Below, piece after piece: positions 19,294 through 29,614 of a stretch of 64,000 nucleotides of DNA. The notes under the pieces are model-generated. The model was not told the origin of the DNA, searched no databases, and worked only from the letters and a program-made list of their open reading frames with translations. The stretch is taken from NCBI GenBank assembly GCA_041640595.1, contig JBEPZY010000001.1, positions 576,001 through 640,000 on the forward strand. The letters run 5' to 3'. The stretch is from Gemmatales bacterium (GTDB lineage Bacteria; Planctomycetota; Planctomycetia; Gemmatales; HRBIN36). Positions within the stretch are counted from its first letter, which is position 1. Each line of letters begins with the position of its first letter. Made by a program: the position numbers and the translations under genes.

Positions 19294-19557
19294 CCTGCGG
19301 CGACGGAACAAATTGCGCCTCTAAAAAGCTACTGGGAAGAATCGCCTCATCATCCGAAGATGGCATTACTGTCTCGCCCTTAATGGGGAAGTCCTGAGGT
19401 TACAGCGGCCCTCTTTACGTGATGTGCCTTAGGGGACGGTTCTGAATAGTGGGATGACCGACAACACTTACCGTACTGTCTGCCCGCTTGGGGGATGCTT
19501 TCGGCAACGGTCCGAGGAGGTGATTCAGCAACAAGCGAAGTGGAACCAGTTACTGCG

Positions 19558-19986
19558 TCAGTCCACCTCTTCCTCGACCAGGGCCTCTTCGAGTAGCGTA
19601 ACCTGAAACTTACGTTCCGTGAGGAGGTGGTCGTTCACTAACAACTGGAACCGATATTCTCCGGGTTCAGGAAACTCGCAACCGCAAAAGCCAACGTTCA
19701 GCTCAACGACTGCTAATGGGTCAGGGAACTCGATGCGCTGGGTGGTGCTGAAGAGAACTTCGTTATCGGCAGCCTTAACGCAACGAATGGTCACCTGTTT
19801 TCGTCCCCGGCCTTCGGTCAGCGTAACATAAACATGCAACTCGTTTATGACGCAAGGCAGGTGTGTCGTTCCAATGGCGTCAAAAATACCGATGAGGCTT
19901 TTCTTATTCGAGATGCGATCGTCTATGACGGTATCGCAAATGACCATAGCTAAAACTTGGGGTAAGCAGCTACATTCACGAGACAT
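19558..19986 (-). CDS. conserved hypothetical beta-sandwich protein (DUF6941-like)
   Basis: AMVICD.VI.D...NKKSLIGIFD...FPEPGEYRFQL. Confidence 0.7.
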   Translation of the reverse strand: MSRECSCLPQVLAMVICDTVIDDRISNKKSLIGIFDAIGTTHLPCVINELHVYVTLTEGRGRKQVTIRCVKAADNEVLFSTTQRIEFPDPLAVVELNVGFCGCEFPEPGEYRFQLLVNDHLLTERKFQVTLLEEALVEEEVD

Positions 19987-20155
19987 AGCGAAAATCCTCT
20001 GTGCGACCGGCGTGAAGATTTTTCCGGAACACTCTGGGCCAGCATGTAACGCCGGCCGAGACTTCTGTAAAGAGCAGTTTGGTTATCGCAGCGCCACATA
20101 GCAATCAGCCGTATGATTCCCTGCAGCCAGGTTCGTTAGAATTATACCGACCACT

Positions 20156-23100
20156 ATGGACAAGATGTCAACAATTTCCGCAAAAATGTGCCAAAAGGAT
20201 CTGAGCTTTTTGGTGGACAGTTTGCGCGGTAGTTTGTGGTGGAAGCAAAATTTGCTGTGCTGGAGCGGAGAGATTGTGGTCAGTGGTGTTTGGGGGTCCA
20301 GCGCGGCTTTGCTGATTGCGGGGTTGTTGCGAGAAAACATCGGCAGGCCGTTGGTCGTGGTTCTTGCGCGTAGTGCCGATTTAGAAAGCTGGTGCGGAGA
20401 CCTGGCGATTTTCACAGGAAAGTCCCCAATAGTTTTTCCAGCACTGGGAAGCCTGCGGCGTCACGAAGAATTGCCTGAGGTAGCGGAGTTGCAACGGCTT
20501 GCTGTTTTACGAGTGCTGGCTCGCAATGAGGTCCCGGAGGTAATCCTGACCACGCCCGCGGCTTTGATGCAGGGCGTCCCGGCGCCCGAACGCTGGCAAA
20601 CGCAGCAATTAACGCTGCGACCGGGAGATGCCATATCACCGGAAACAGTGTGCCAGTGGCTGGTGGAACACGGCTACGCCCACCGCGAAGTTGTGGAGCT
20701 TCCGGGGGAGTTTGCGCGGCGCGGCGGCATTGTGGATGTGTATCCGCTGACAGCGGCTGCTCCGGTACGATTGGAGTGGTTCGGCGATGAACTGGAGAGT
20801 TTGCGAGCCTTTGATCCGGAGACGCAACGCAGCCGACAGGCAGTGGATTCCGTGGAAGTTGCCGCCGCGCTGACACGCGATGCACCGAGCCTGGAAAGCG
20901 CAACCTGTCTGGATAGCACTTTGTTCGACTGGCTACCCGCCGGTACCCGGGTAGTGCTGGTAGAGGCGGCTGATGTGGACGAACAGGCCCGGCATTACTG
21001 GGATGGTGCAGAGGCTCGTGCTGGCCTGGTTTCGCCAACAGAACTATTCCGAAGGTTGCAGCCATTTCAGCCGCTGCACCTAACTGCCTGGCCAGCCACT
21101 GCGGACGACAAAACCGTCACGTTTCCGGTCAAATCGGTGGAACGCTTCAGTGGCGAATTGCAGCGTATTTGTTCCGAGTTACAGGCTGTAGCCACAGAAG
21201 CGGAAGTGTGGATTGTTTGCCAGAGTGTCGCGGAACAACAGCGGATGGCACAATTGTTCGGATTGCTAAATGAAGCTTCCGAGCGTCTGGTATCTGACCA
21301 GGCTGGCGCGGAAGAAGTTTCACAAGAAGCGAATGCACCGCAGCCAGTATCGCGGTCAGGCTTACCAGCAGTGCATCTGTGCGTGGGCCAGTTACGGCAA
21401 GGGTTTCGTTTACCGCCAGAGTTACTTGCTTCGGAATGCAAGCGTGAAGTGCTGGTCTTGAGCGCTGGCGAGCTACTCGGACGGGCAAAACTGCCAGCAC
21501 GCACCCGACCGGTCTGGGTCCGCCGTTACGAAGCGCGGGCGATTGATAGTTTCCTCGACCTGAATCCCGGCGATTATGTGGTCCATCGGGAACACGGTAT
21601 CGCTCGCTATCGGGGCCTGCGCAAAATACGCAAAGGTGGACGGGAAGAAGAGCATCTGACACTGGAGTTCGCCGGTGGCTCCTTGCTGTATGTGCCGGTG
21701 TCTCGGATTGAGCTGGTGCAAAAGTACGTGGGTACCGGCGAGCGCGTGCCAGCACTGTCCGAACTGGGTGGTACTGCCTGGCAGAAACGCAAGGCACGGG
21801 CCCAGGCAGCTGTTTGGGAACTTGCACTGGAACTGCTGGAAATCCAAGCCAGACGGCAGGCGGAGCCGGGCATTGCTTATCCGCCTGATAGCAGTTGGCA
21901 GGCTGAGTTTGAGGCGTCTTTCCCGTATCCGGAAACCCCAGATCAGCTGGCAGCACTGAGCGACATCAAACGGGATATGGAGAGACCTCGCCCCATGGAT
22001 CGGCTTCTATGTGGGGACGTGGGTTTCGGCAAAACGGAACTGGCGTTGCGGGCAGCGTTCAAAGCCATGGAGTTCGGCAAACAGGTGGCAGTGTTAGTGC
22101 CCACTACCGTGCTGGCTGAACAACACTTTCGCACCTTCCGTAGCCGATTGGCTCCCTATCCGTTCGTCGTCGAATGCTTGAGCCGCTTTCGTACCACTGC
22201 TGAGCAACGCGACATCGTGCAACGCCTGGCAGAAGGACGCGTTGACCTAGTCGTGGGCACGCATCGTTTACTCAGTGCGGATGTGCGGTTCAAAGACCTG
22301 GGCCTGGTTATCATAGACGAGGAACAACGCTTCGGCGTAGAACACAAAGAACGGCTCAAAAAGTTGCGAGCCACTGTGGATGTGTTGACGCTCTCCGCCA
22401 CACCCATTCCCCGCACATTACACATGGCTCTGGTCGGCTTGCGAGACATCAGTTGCCTGGAAACTCCGCCTCTGGACAGGCATGCCATTGAGACGCAAAT
22501 CATCCCATTCGATCCGGAACGCATTCGGCAGGCAATTCTGCGAGAATTGCTCCGCGACGGCCAGGTGTTTTTTGTGCACAACCGGGTGGAGAGCATCGAA
22601 AAAATCGCGTTTCAGCTAAGCCAGATAGTTCCCGAGGCACGCATCGGCATCGCTCATGGACAAATGCCGGAAGAACAACTCGAAGAAGCCATGTGCCGTT
22701 TCCTCGAACGCCGGTACGACGTTTTGGTGGCAACGACGATCATTGAAAACGGTCTGGACATTCCATCAGCTAACACGATTTTCATTCATCGGCCGGAGTT
22801 ATTCGGTCTGGCGGACCTGCACCAGTTGCGTGGCCGGGTGGGACGCTCCCAGGTTCGGGCCTATTGCTACCTTGTTGTGGACAATTTCACCAGTATTTCA
22901 CCACAGGCGTATCGCCGTATCAAAGCTATCGAGGAATACAGCGAACTGGGTGCCGGTTTCAAAATAGCCTTACGGGACTTAGAAATTCGGGGGGCCGGCA
23001 ATATTCTGGGGCCGGAACAAAGTGGCCACATTGCTGCCGTCGGGTACGAGCTTTACTGCGAAATGCTCGAAGAAGCAGTTCGCCGCTTGAAACAGCAACC

Positions 23101-23548
23101 AGTCCGCACCCGCATTGAAGTACAGATAGACTTGCCGTGGAGGGCGTGGATTCCCACCGAGTATGTCGGGCAGATGCGATTGAAAATGGAACTGTATCGT
23201 CGCCTGAGTCGGGTTCGTACCTGGCGGCAGCTGGAGCAGTTTCGTCAGGAACTCCGCGACCGTTTCGGTCCCATTCCAGAACCCGCCGAGTGGCTGTTAC
23301 GGCAGCAGGAAATTCGCTTGCTCGCCGAACGCTGGCGGATCGCTTCGCTGCATCTGGACGGTCCGGATGTCGTGCTGGGCTACCGCAGCCACCGGCACAT
23401 CCAAAAACTGGCCAGCAGATTTCCTAAGCGTTTGCGGATCGTGGATGAAACTACCGCTTATTTTCGTTTGCAGCCACCACAAGTGACTGGCGAATCGGTT
23501 TATCGCCAGCTAAAAGCGCTGTTGCAAAGCTCTCCCGATGCGTTATGA
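20156..23548 (+). CDS. mfd: transcription-repair coupling factor
   Basis: GEFARRGGIVDVYP, GDYVVH.EHG, PMDRLLCGDVGFGKTE, DEEQRFG, QLRGRVGR, DLEIRGAGN. Confidence 0.98.
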   Translation: MDKMSTISAKMCQKDLSFLVDSLRGSLWWKQNLLCWSGEIVVSGVWGSSAALLIAGLLRENIGRPLVVVLARSADLESWCGDLAIFTGKSPIVFPALGSLRRHEELPEVAELQRLAVLRVLARNEVPEVILTTPAALMQGVPAPERWQTQQLTLRPGDAISPETVCQWLVEHGYAHREVVELPGEFARRGGIVDVYPLTAAAPVRLEWFGDELESLRAFDPETQRSRQAVDSVEVAAALTRDAPSLESATCLDSTLFDWLPAGTRVVLVEAADVDEQARHYWDGAEARAGLVSPTELFRRLQPFQPLHLTAWPATADDKTVTFPVKSVERFSGELQRICSELQAVATEAEVWIVCQSVAEQQRMAQLFGLLNEASERLVSDQAGAEEVSQEANAPQPVSRSGLPAVHLCVGQLRQGFRLPPELLASECKREVLVLSAGELLGRAKLPARTRPVWVRRYEARAIDSFLDLNPGDYVVHREHGIARYRGLRKIRKGGREEEHLTLEFAGGSLLYVPVSRIELVQKYVGTGERVPALSELGGTAWQKRKARAQAAVWELALELLEIQARRQAEPGIAYPPDSSWQAEFEASFPYPETPDQLAALSDIKRDMERPRPMDRLLCGDVGFGKTELALRAAFKAMEFGKQVAVLVPTTVLAEQHFRTFRSRLAPYPFVVECLSRFRTTAEQRDIVQRLAEGRVDLVVGTHRLLSADVRFKDLGLVIIDEEQRFGVEHKERLKKLRATVDVLTLSATPIPRTLHMALVGLRDISCLETPPLDRHAIETQIIPFDPERIRQAILRELLRDGQVFFVHNRVESIEKIAFQLSQIVPEARIGIAHGQMPEEQLEEAMCRFLERRYDVLVATTIIENGLDIPSANTIFIHRPELFGLADLHQLRGRVGRSQVRAYCYLVVDNFTSISPQAYRRIKAIEEYSELGAGFKIALRDLEIRGAGNILGPEQSGHIAAVGYELYCEMLEEAVRRLKQQPVRTRIEVQIDLPWRAWIPTEYVGQMRLKMELYRRLSRVRTWRQLEQFRQELRDRFGPIPEPAEWLLRQQEIRLLAERWRIASLHLDGPDVVLGYRSHRHIQKLASRFPKRLRIVDETTAYFRLQPPQVTGESVYRQLKALLQSSPDAL

Positions 23549-23606
23549 ATGCCACGCCGGGAGGAAGCCGATAATCTCGCTGGAACTCAGAGTGCGAGGA
23601 GCGCGG

Positions 23607-24971
23607 ATGCTGCGGATAAACGTGTTTGGGCTGGCCGCAAGCCTGGCGGTATGGGGTTGCCTCAGTGGTGCCGACCTCACTGGGTTTCAGCACGTCGTAA
23701 GGATTTGCGAACCCGACAAGCCCGCGTGTGCTTCGGTGTCATCTAATGGTCAGCTCGAAAACACATTCGCCCTGGGGGCAGCTCAGCAAATCAATGCGGT
23801 CGGCAGCGGGTCGGTTAGCGTTCGTGGTCGTGATGATCGTCATGATCAGTACGCCGATGGTTTCGGCTCTGGATGGAACAATGCACTGGTTCAAGGTCCA
23901 CCACCAGTGCCGAAAACCACTCCGACTGTTGACGCACCTCAGGAGGGAAAGTCCCGGCTGGCCACGCAACCGCTCAGTGGCGTGATGGTTCGTGTCAATG
24001 GTGTGCCCATCCTCGAACAGGAAGTGCGATCCCTTGCCCGCTGGATGATGGAGGATTATTTGCAGCGTGTCCGCCCCGCGTCCCTCAACGACGAAAATGA
24101 GCGTCGAGCCATTGAAGCAGAAGTTTCCCGATATTTGCCCGAAGTCGTACGGCAGCTAATCGACCGGGAGTTGCTGTACCAGGAGGCTGAGAAACGTGTC
24201 CCTCCTCGCGGGATGGAGTTGGTGCGGAAGGCAGCTCAGCAAGAGATTGACAAACAGCTACGCCGGCGTCGCCAGCAGTTGGGCTTTCGCTCCGAAGATG
24301 AGTTGCGGGAATATCTCGAACGACAGAACATTTCGCTGGAAATGCTGCGGCGACAGGTGGAAAGAAGTCTGATCGCCGACGAATACCTCCGCACTCTGGT
24401 GCGTCCCAAGTTTGAACAGATTGACCGGGCACAGCTCTGGGATTATTACCAGCGTAATCTCAAAAAGTTTGAGCGACCAGAACGTGTGGAGTGGCAGTAC
24501 ATATTCATTTCTGCGCGGGAAGGTGCTCGCTACCTGCAACCGGGAGAGGCACCGAATCCGGCCAAGGCACGCGCACAGGCGGAAATGGTCTATGCGCTGG
24601 CGCAAAAGGCGAAGACAGCGGAAGAGTTTGCTCGTATAGCCGAACAGTACTCCGATGGGCCAAGCCGTACCGGCGACGGGGAAGGGCACGACCTGGCCAG
24701 CATCCGACCAGCGGAGATTGCTGAACTGGTCTGGAAAACACCTCCCGGTCAGGTCGGACCGCTGGTGCCTGCTCAGGATGGACGGGGTTATCACATATTT
24801 CGCGTCAACAAACACGAACCAGCCCGGATCGTCCCATTCGAGGAGGCTTGTTTGGAAATTCGCCGTGAGTTACAGAATCAGATTTTTCAGGCGGAACGAG
24901 AGCGGATTCTCCGCGAGCTTCGCGCCAAAGCCCACATCGAATATCCCGGTTCGTACAAGCCATCGCGTTAG
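23607..24971 (+). CDS. SurA/PrsA-like parvulin peptidyl-prolyl isomerase
   Basis: VRVNGVPIL..EV, LIDRELL, F.RIAEQYSDGPS, GYHIFRV, LRAKAHIE; follows mfd. Confidence 0.85.
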   Translation: MLRINVFGLAASLAVWGCLSGADLTGFQHVVRICEPDKPACASVSSNGQLENTFALGAAQQINAVGSGSVSVRGRDDRHDQYADGFGSGWNNALVQGPPPVPKTTPTVDAPQEGKSRLATQPLSGVMVRVNGVPILEQEVRSLARWMMEDYLQRVRPASLNDENERRAIEAEVSRYLPEVVRQLIDRELLYQEAEKRVPPRGMELVRKAAQQEIDKQLRRRRQQLGFRSEDELREYLERQNISLEMLRRQVERSLIADEYLRTLVRPKFEQIDRAQLWDYYQRNLKKFERPERVEWQYIFISAREGARYLQPGEAPNPAKARAQAEMVYALAQKAKTAEEFARIAEQYSDGPSRTGDGEGHDLASIRPAEIAELVWKTPPGQVGPLVPAQDGRGYHIFRVNKHEPARIVPFEEACLEIRRELQNQIFQAERERILRELRAKAHIEYPGSYKPSR

Positions 24972-26875
24972 CCCGATGCTGGCTCTTCGGGGTAGGGCAT
25001 TAAGATGGGCGGCTCGGTAACACCCTGCAAAGCGGGGAATCGCCGATCGAGCACCAGTTCTGCCAGCTGACGGGCGACCCGTACATCTGCATCGCGGATG
25101 CGGCGACCGCTCCACCGTCGGCGTAGCTCACGGCAAACGACGTCTGCGGCGAGAATCCAGGCTTCATCGCCTTGCTGATCCGCCCATAACGCCGTCACCA
25201 GAACGGTAACTGTGTCCTGGATGCGTTGCGACAACTCCATCATTTTTACCTGACGATCGGCTAGACGTAACTGGTACCGCCGCAGCATCGCGCTGATTTC
25301 CTCTGCATAACGCGGGAAAACCGATTCCGCCCACTGCACGTGGGGCCGCAGTTGACGATGCACTGGTGGCACTCGGGTGACAATATGCGGACGCAATCGC
25401 CGGCCCAGCCACCACTTTCCATAAGCCCACAATTCTCGACGCAGACGCCACAGGTGAAGCGGATTCCATGGCTGCAACCGGCGGAGGTGGGCTTCGGAAA
25501 GCCGTTGCCCGATCGGCTCGAAAAATTGTCGGCCATGTTCCTTAGCCAGCGCTTTGAAAAAGGCCAGGGCCAGCATCTGGCCTTCTCCCTCGTAAATACA
25601 GGGCGCTAAAAAGTCGTGCACATTGTCTCCGAACAGATGGCCGTGCAAAAACGACCGACCCCCGTGGGTTTTCATCAGGATATCAACGGCTGCCTCTTTC
25701 ATCGCTTCGCTGCCGAAAATCTTGGCTACAATCCCTTCGAGCTCTCCGCGATAACCGAGGTCGAGCAACCAGGAACCCCATTGGGTGAGGGCATCTGCCG
25801 CAGCAATATAGCCGGCAAGTTTCGCAATGCGAAATTGCACCAATTCACGAGCACCGATCGGCTCCCCGTAAGTCCGCCGAAAATGCACCCACGGCAATAA
25901 AGAAGCGAGCATCACTCGCATGCTGCCGGCAGCCAGTGCACACAGGGCTAACCGGCCGCGGTTCAGACCGTGATAAGCAATCAGCAACCCGTCTCCAGTC
26001 GGCGGCTGAAGCAGATTCTCCGCAGGCACAAAAAATCGATCGAACAGCAACCCGTTATTGTAATTGTGCGCCAGCGCATATAGTCCGTACCGTACGAGCC
26101 GAAAGCGGTCATTTTCCGTCCCAGGCAACTCGACAATGAAAACAGCGGGACGGTTTTCCAGCAAAGCTACCAGGGCGATTATACGCCCCGGAATCGCGTT
26201 CGTGATAAAAAGTTTTTGTCCGGAAAGCTCGTAACCCCCAGGTACAGGGCAGGCGCGGGTGCGAAGAGCCGTCAGGTCGGAGCCCGCATTCGGTTCGGTC
26301 AGGGCAAAGCCGGAGAGCGCTTCGCCACTGGCCAATCGCGGCAGGAAACGGGCCTTTTGCTCCGGCGTGCCAAACGTCATCAGCGGGTCCACGGCGCCAA
26401 TACAACCATGCACGGAAGCAAGCCCCGCGACTGTAGCATCCAATGTGGCCATCCGCGTCAAAAACGGTGCAAACTTGGCGAAGGGTACTCCGCTGCCACC
26501 GTATTCCCGACCGATCAGCAAACCCCAGTATCCAGCTTCAGCCAACTCGTGCAACAATTGTTCAGATACTTTTCCCTGTTCGTTCCAGAGCCGGTTTTCC
26601 TCTCGGGCTCGCCGCAACACTTCGTAGCAACGCTCCAGCACCGCGTCGCATTCGGCAGCTTCCGGTTTAGGGGATCGAAATCCCCCAAGCGGGAAGTGCC
26701 AATCCCAAACAGCCCGATGAACGGGACTGTTTTTCGTCTGATATTGTGGATGGAACAGGCGTTCCAGTTGCTCGTCGGCGCGATCGACAGCACCAAGTCG
26801 GCGCACCTCTTCAGCGCTTTTGCCTGCCTGTGCCAGAGCTGTTTCCGCAAAACTCGGCTGACCCGTATCGGCCAT
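24968..26875 (-). CDS. acyl-CoA dehydrogenase family protein
   Basis: YGGSG, GTPEQKARFLP, FALTEPNAGSD, GQKLFITN, HGGRSF, IYEGEG. Confidence 0.92.
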   Translation of the reverse strand: MADTGQPSFAETALAQAGKSAEEVRRLGAVDRADEQLERLFHPQYQTKNSPVHRAVWDWHFPLGGFRSPKPEAAECDAVLERCYEVLRRAREENRLWNEQGKVSEQLLHELAEAGYWGLLIGREYGGSGVPFAKFAPFLTRMATLDATVAGLASVHGCIGAVDPLMTFGTPEQKARFLPRLASGEALSGFALTEPNAGSDLTALRTRACPVPGGYELSGQKLFITNAIPGRIIALVALLENRPAVFIVELPGTENDRFRLVRYGLYALAHNYNNGLLFDRFFVPAENLLQPPTGDGLLIAYHGLNRGRLALCALAAGSMRVMLASLLPWVHFRRTYGEPIGARELVQFRIAKLAGYIAAADALTQWGSWLLDLGYRGELEGIVAKIFGSEAMKEAAVDILMKTHGGRSFLHGHLFGDNVHDFLAPCIYEGEGQMLALAFFKALAKEHGRQFFEPIGQRLSEAHLRRLQPWNPLHLWRLRRELWAYGKWWLGRRLRPHIVTRVPPVHRQLRPHVQWAESVFPRYAEEISAMLRRYQLRLADRQVKMMELSQRIQDTVTVLVTALWADQQGDEAWILAADVVCRELRRRWSGRRIRDADVRVARQLAELVLDRRFPALQGVTEPPILMPYPEEPASG

Positions 26876-26927
26876 AGTGCCTTTCCTGACGTCCACTCCA
26901 TTTTTTGCTGTGTCATTTCTTACTAAA

Positions 26928-28436
26928 TTATTGAGCCAGCCAACGCAGGAACACCCAGGCAAGCACAGCGCCAAAGGCCAGACCAAAAATGGTGGCTAAC
27001 CATACCGCCCACCGCGAACAAAGTCCCTTCTCGGCGCCAATTTTTTCCTTCACCGGCGCGGCACTGGCAGTGTTACTCCGCCTTACACCGGACGGGTGGG
27101 AACTTGCTGCTGTTATGGATTTGGCCGAGACCGGAGCATCGGAACGCAGCGAACGATGTTCCTTATCCGCCGTGGTCTCACGAGTCGGCTTGCTTGAAGT
27201 TACGTCTTGACTTTCCGAAGAATAACCGCTGATCTCGGTTTCCCCGCTCTTGCCAAGTTGCGACGAGGATGGTGCCGACTTTTGAAGGGACGGGTGCGAA
27301 CCCGACATGCTCGAGCTGGAAGACACGGTTACCAGGAGATGGTCGGTGGAAGCAGCACTGCTGACATTGGCCGGCAGAGGCACGGCACCTGGTGGTGGTA
27401 TCAGCCGAGTGAGATCCACTAAGTGTTGGAGAGCTTGCGCGACTTCCTCCGGTGTCTGGGGACGGTCCTGCGGTTTTTTCGCCAGCATACGTTGCAGCAA
27501 CTCAGCGACTTCCCGAGGCACATCCGGACGCAACTGGGAAATCGGTTCGGGCATCTTTGTCTGATGCCAGATCAGCTTTTGTGCGACGGTGCCTTCGGGA
27601 AATGGCGGACGACCTGCCAGGGCAAAGTAAAACGTAGCTCCCAGGCTGTAAATATCCGCGCGAATGTCCACCACATGGCTGTCAATGGCTTGCTCCGGAG
27701 CCAGATAGTCGGCAGTCCCCAGAACTTTTTCGTCGTACTTGCGTGTCAAAATGTCCTGCTCATCGAGGAAAAACCTGGCCAGTCCCAGGTCGAGCAGTTT
27801 TACCAGCCCCGCGCGATTGACAAGCAGGTTGGCAGGCTTAATGTCGCGGTGAATCAAGCCCACGCTGAATGCGTGTTGCAATCCTTTGGCCGCCTGGTAA
27901 AGGTAATGCACAGCCCGCGGCACATCGAACGGGCCATAGGCCTTCACCAAGTCCTGCAAACTTACCCCGTCCACGTATTCCATCACCAGGAAGTGCAAAT
28001 CTCCTTCCTGGTCCAAATCGTAGGCACGCACGACATTGGGGTGATCCAGAGCGGCGATCGCTTTCGCTTCGCGATAAAAGCGTTCCAGAGCTGAACTGTC
28101 AGCCGACCGTGACCGCGGCAATACTTTGATCGCCACCAAACGTTTCATCAACCTGTGTTCGGCAAGAAACACCGTTCCCATTCCACCGCTGCCGAGCCTT
28201 TGCAGGATTTTGTACTTACCGATGAAAAACCCCTTCCAGCGACCAGCCAGCAATTGATCCGCCTGAAAGGAAGTCAGCACGCCACGTTCCACCAGTGTCT
28301 TTGCCAACCCGGCCGGTTCATCGGACCACTTTTGGCTTGCGCGCAGGTCTTCCAGTAAGCTGTCCAGTCGTTCAGGCTCGACCAGACCGCTCCGCCGCAA
28401 CAAATCTACAAACGCTTCCGCGCTCGCCAGTGCCAT
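26928..28436 (-). CDS. Ser/Thr protein kinase with C-terminal membrane anchor
   Basis: GSGGMG, VAIK, HRDIKPAN, DLG, APE; Ser-rich linker; hydrophobic C-terminal helix. Confidence 0.95.
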   Translation of the reverse strand: MALASAEAFVDLLRRSGLVEPERLDSLLEDLRASQKWSDEPAGLAKTLVERGVLTSFQADQLLAGRWKGFFIGKYKILQRLGSGGMGTVFLAEHRLMKRLVAIKVLPRSRSADSSALERFYREAKAIAALDHPNVVRAYDLDQEGDLHFLVMEYVDGVSLQDLVKAYGPFDVPRAVHYLYQAAKGLQHAFSVGLIHRDIKPANLLVNRAGLVKLLDLGLARFFLDEQDILTRKYDEKVLGTADYLAPEQAIDSHVVDIRADIYSLGATFYFALAGRPPFPEGTVAQKLIWHQTKMPEPISQLRPDVPREVAELLQRMLAKKPQDRPQTPEEVAQALQHLVDLTRLIPPPGAVPLPANVSSAASTDHLLVTVSSSSSMSGSHPSLQKSAPSSSQLGKSGETEISGYSSESQDVTSSKPTRETTADKEHRSLRSDAPVSAKSITAASSHPSGVRRSNTASAAPVKEKIGAEKGLCSRWAVWLATIFGLAFGAVLAWVFLRWLAQ

Positions 28437-28904
28437 GTTATTCCCGCGGTAATAGCGTTTAGCGAATGTCCGCCCTTTTGTTTTGTGGATTTCCTACTGG
28501 AGCAGCTTTCGTGCCGATTGCGTTCTCTATCCGCTCAATTTGTGCGAAACCCTGGCCGCGAGTGTTCTCTATCTAGTATAGGCATCTCATCCTAAACTGC
28601 GCGACATTTTCGAGGAAACTGCTGGCGCAAGCCAACCTGACGGCAAAACAATCGTTACGGGCTGTGTGTAAACAGACATAGAAACGCTGAGATTCTAAAG
28701 TCGGCCAGCGGTAGAGCCTCTTTTTCACGGATATTGACGCGTTTGACATGTTAGAATGCCACGGCGATTCGTGAGTTGTCTTCGTATTTCACCGATCCCT
28801 GTGCAGAGTTGCCAATAAATTTCAGAGTCTCAGAACAACACTGGAAGGACTCGTAATGGATTCACGACTATGCCCGCAATGGCAGGCATCACAAGAACAA
28901 GACC

Positions 28905-28951
28905 GGCCCAGCCATTGGCCACCTTGAATAGGTGCCCACCAATGCTGGGCC
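28905..28951 (-). terminator. strong hairpin, possible terminator of the cytochrome c gene
   Basis: GGCCCAG/CTGGGCC, CATTGG/CCAATG and CACCT/AGGTG stems; T-rich tail on minus strand. Confidence 0.35.
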
Positions 28952-29072
28952 AAGCATGGAAAGCATTTTTCTATTGTTGCCGTGGTCGAGTAATCAGAAT
29001 CGCAAGCTTACGCAAACGCGCTACCGTGAAAAGTGACGCGTATCCGCGCCGTTTCCCTCCAGGGATTTCTGA

Positions 29073-29483
29073 TCAGGGCCGGTGCTTATCGTGGCATTCA
29101 TCACATTTTTTGTCGAGGTTCTTTAAGGCCGCCAGCACGGCCTTGGCATCCTTTTGCTTCACAGCTGCTTCCACCTGCATTGCGTCTTGCGTATACTCTT
29201 TCGATAGTTTGATCCAGCTGGCTTTGGGGCCTTTTGGTGGATCGTTTTTCTCGAGCAAACTAATCAGGCGAGTAAACTCCTTCGCGCTTTTTTCGAGCTT
29301 TGCCCAGTCTGGTTTGGGCTTCTTGGCCTCGGCTTCTATCACGTCTTTGAGGCCTTTTTTGGGTTTGTGTGTGATCTCCATAATTTCATCCACGCCGGGA
29401 ATTTCATCCTTCAGCGCCACGGCCAAGCCGCTGAATGCCACAAGCGTAATCCCCAGCACCAGCCAAGATGCGGTCTGCTTCAT
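29073..29483 (-). CDS. class II (c'-like) cytochrome c
   Basis: Signal peptide, helical Lys-rich body, C-terminal CDECH heme motif; AGGAGG SD. Confidence 0.8.
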   Translation of the reverse strand: MKQTASWLVLGITLVAFSGLAVALKDEIPGVDEIMEITHKPKKGLKDVIEAEAKKPKPDWAKLEKSAKEFTRLISLLEKNDPPKGPKASWIKLSKEYTQDAMQVEAAVKQKDAKAVLAALKNLDKKCDECHDKHRP

Positions 29484-29614
29484 TCAGAATCCTCCTGTAG
29501 GTTTGAGTGGTCTCGGAGATGCACAAGCAACCAAGCTGCAGGGGAGCGTTCGTGGGTGGGTGTCAATCATCATTACGAAATTGCTACACAGGCGTCAATA
29601 GTTGGTGCGTTTTC

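Noticed and set aside
21147..21956. 269-aa minus-strand ORF (and 20412-21065)
   Set aside because: Lie antisense within mfd; typical GC-rich shadow ORFs
28870..29601. 243-aa plus-strand ORF
   Set aside because: Antisense to the cytochrome c gene, which has an SD, signal peptide and CxxCH
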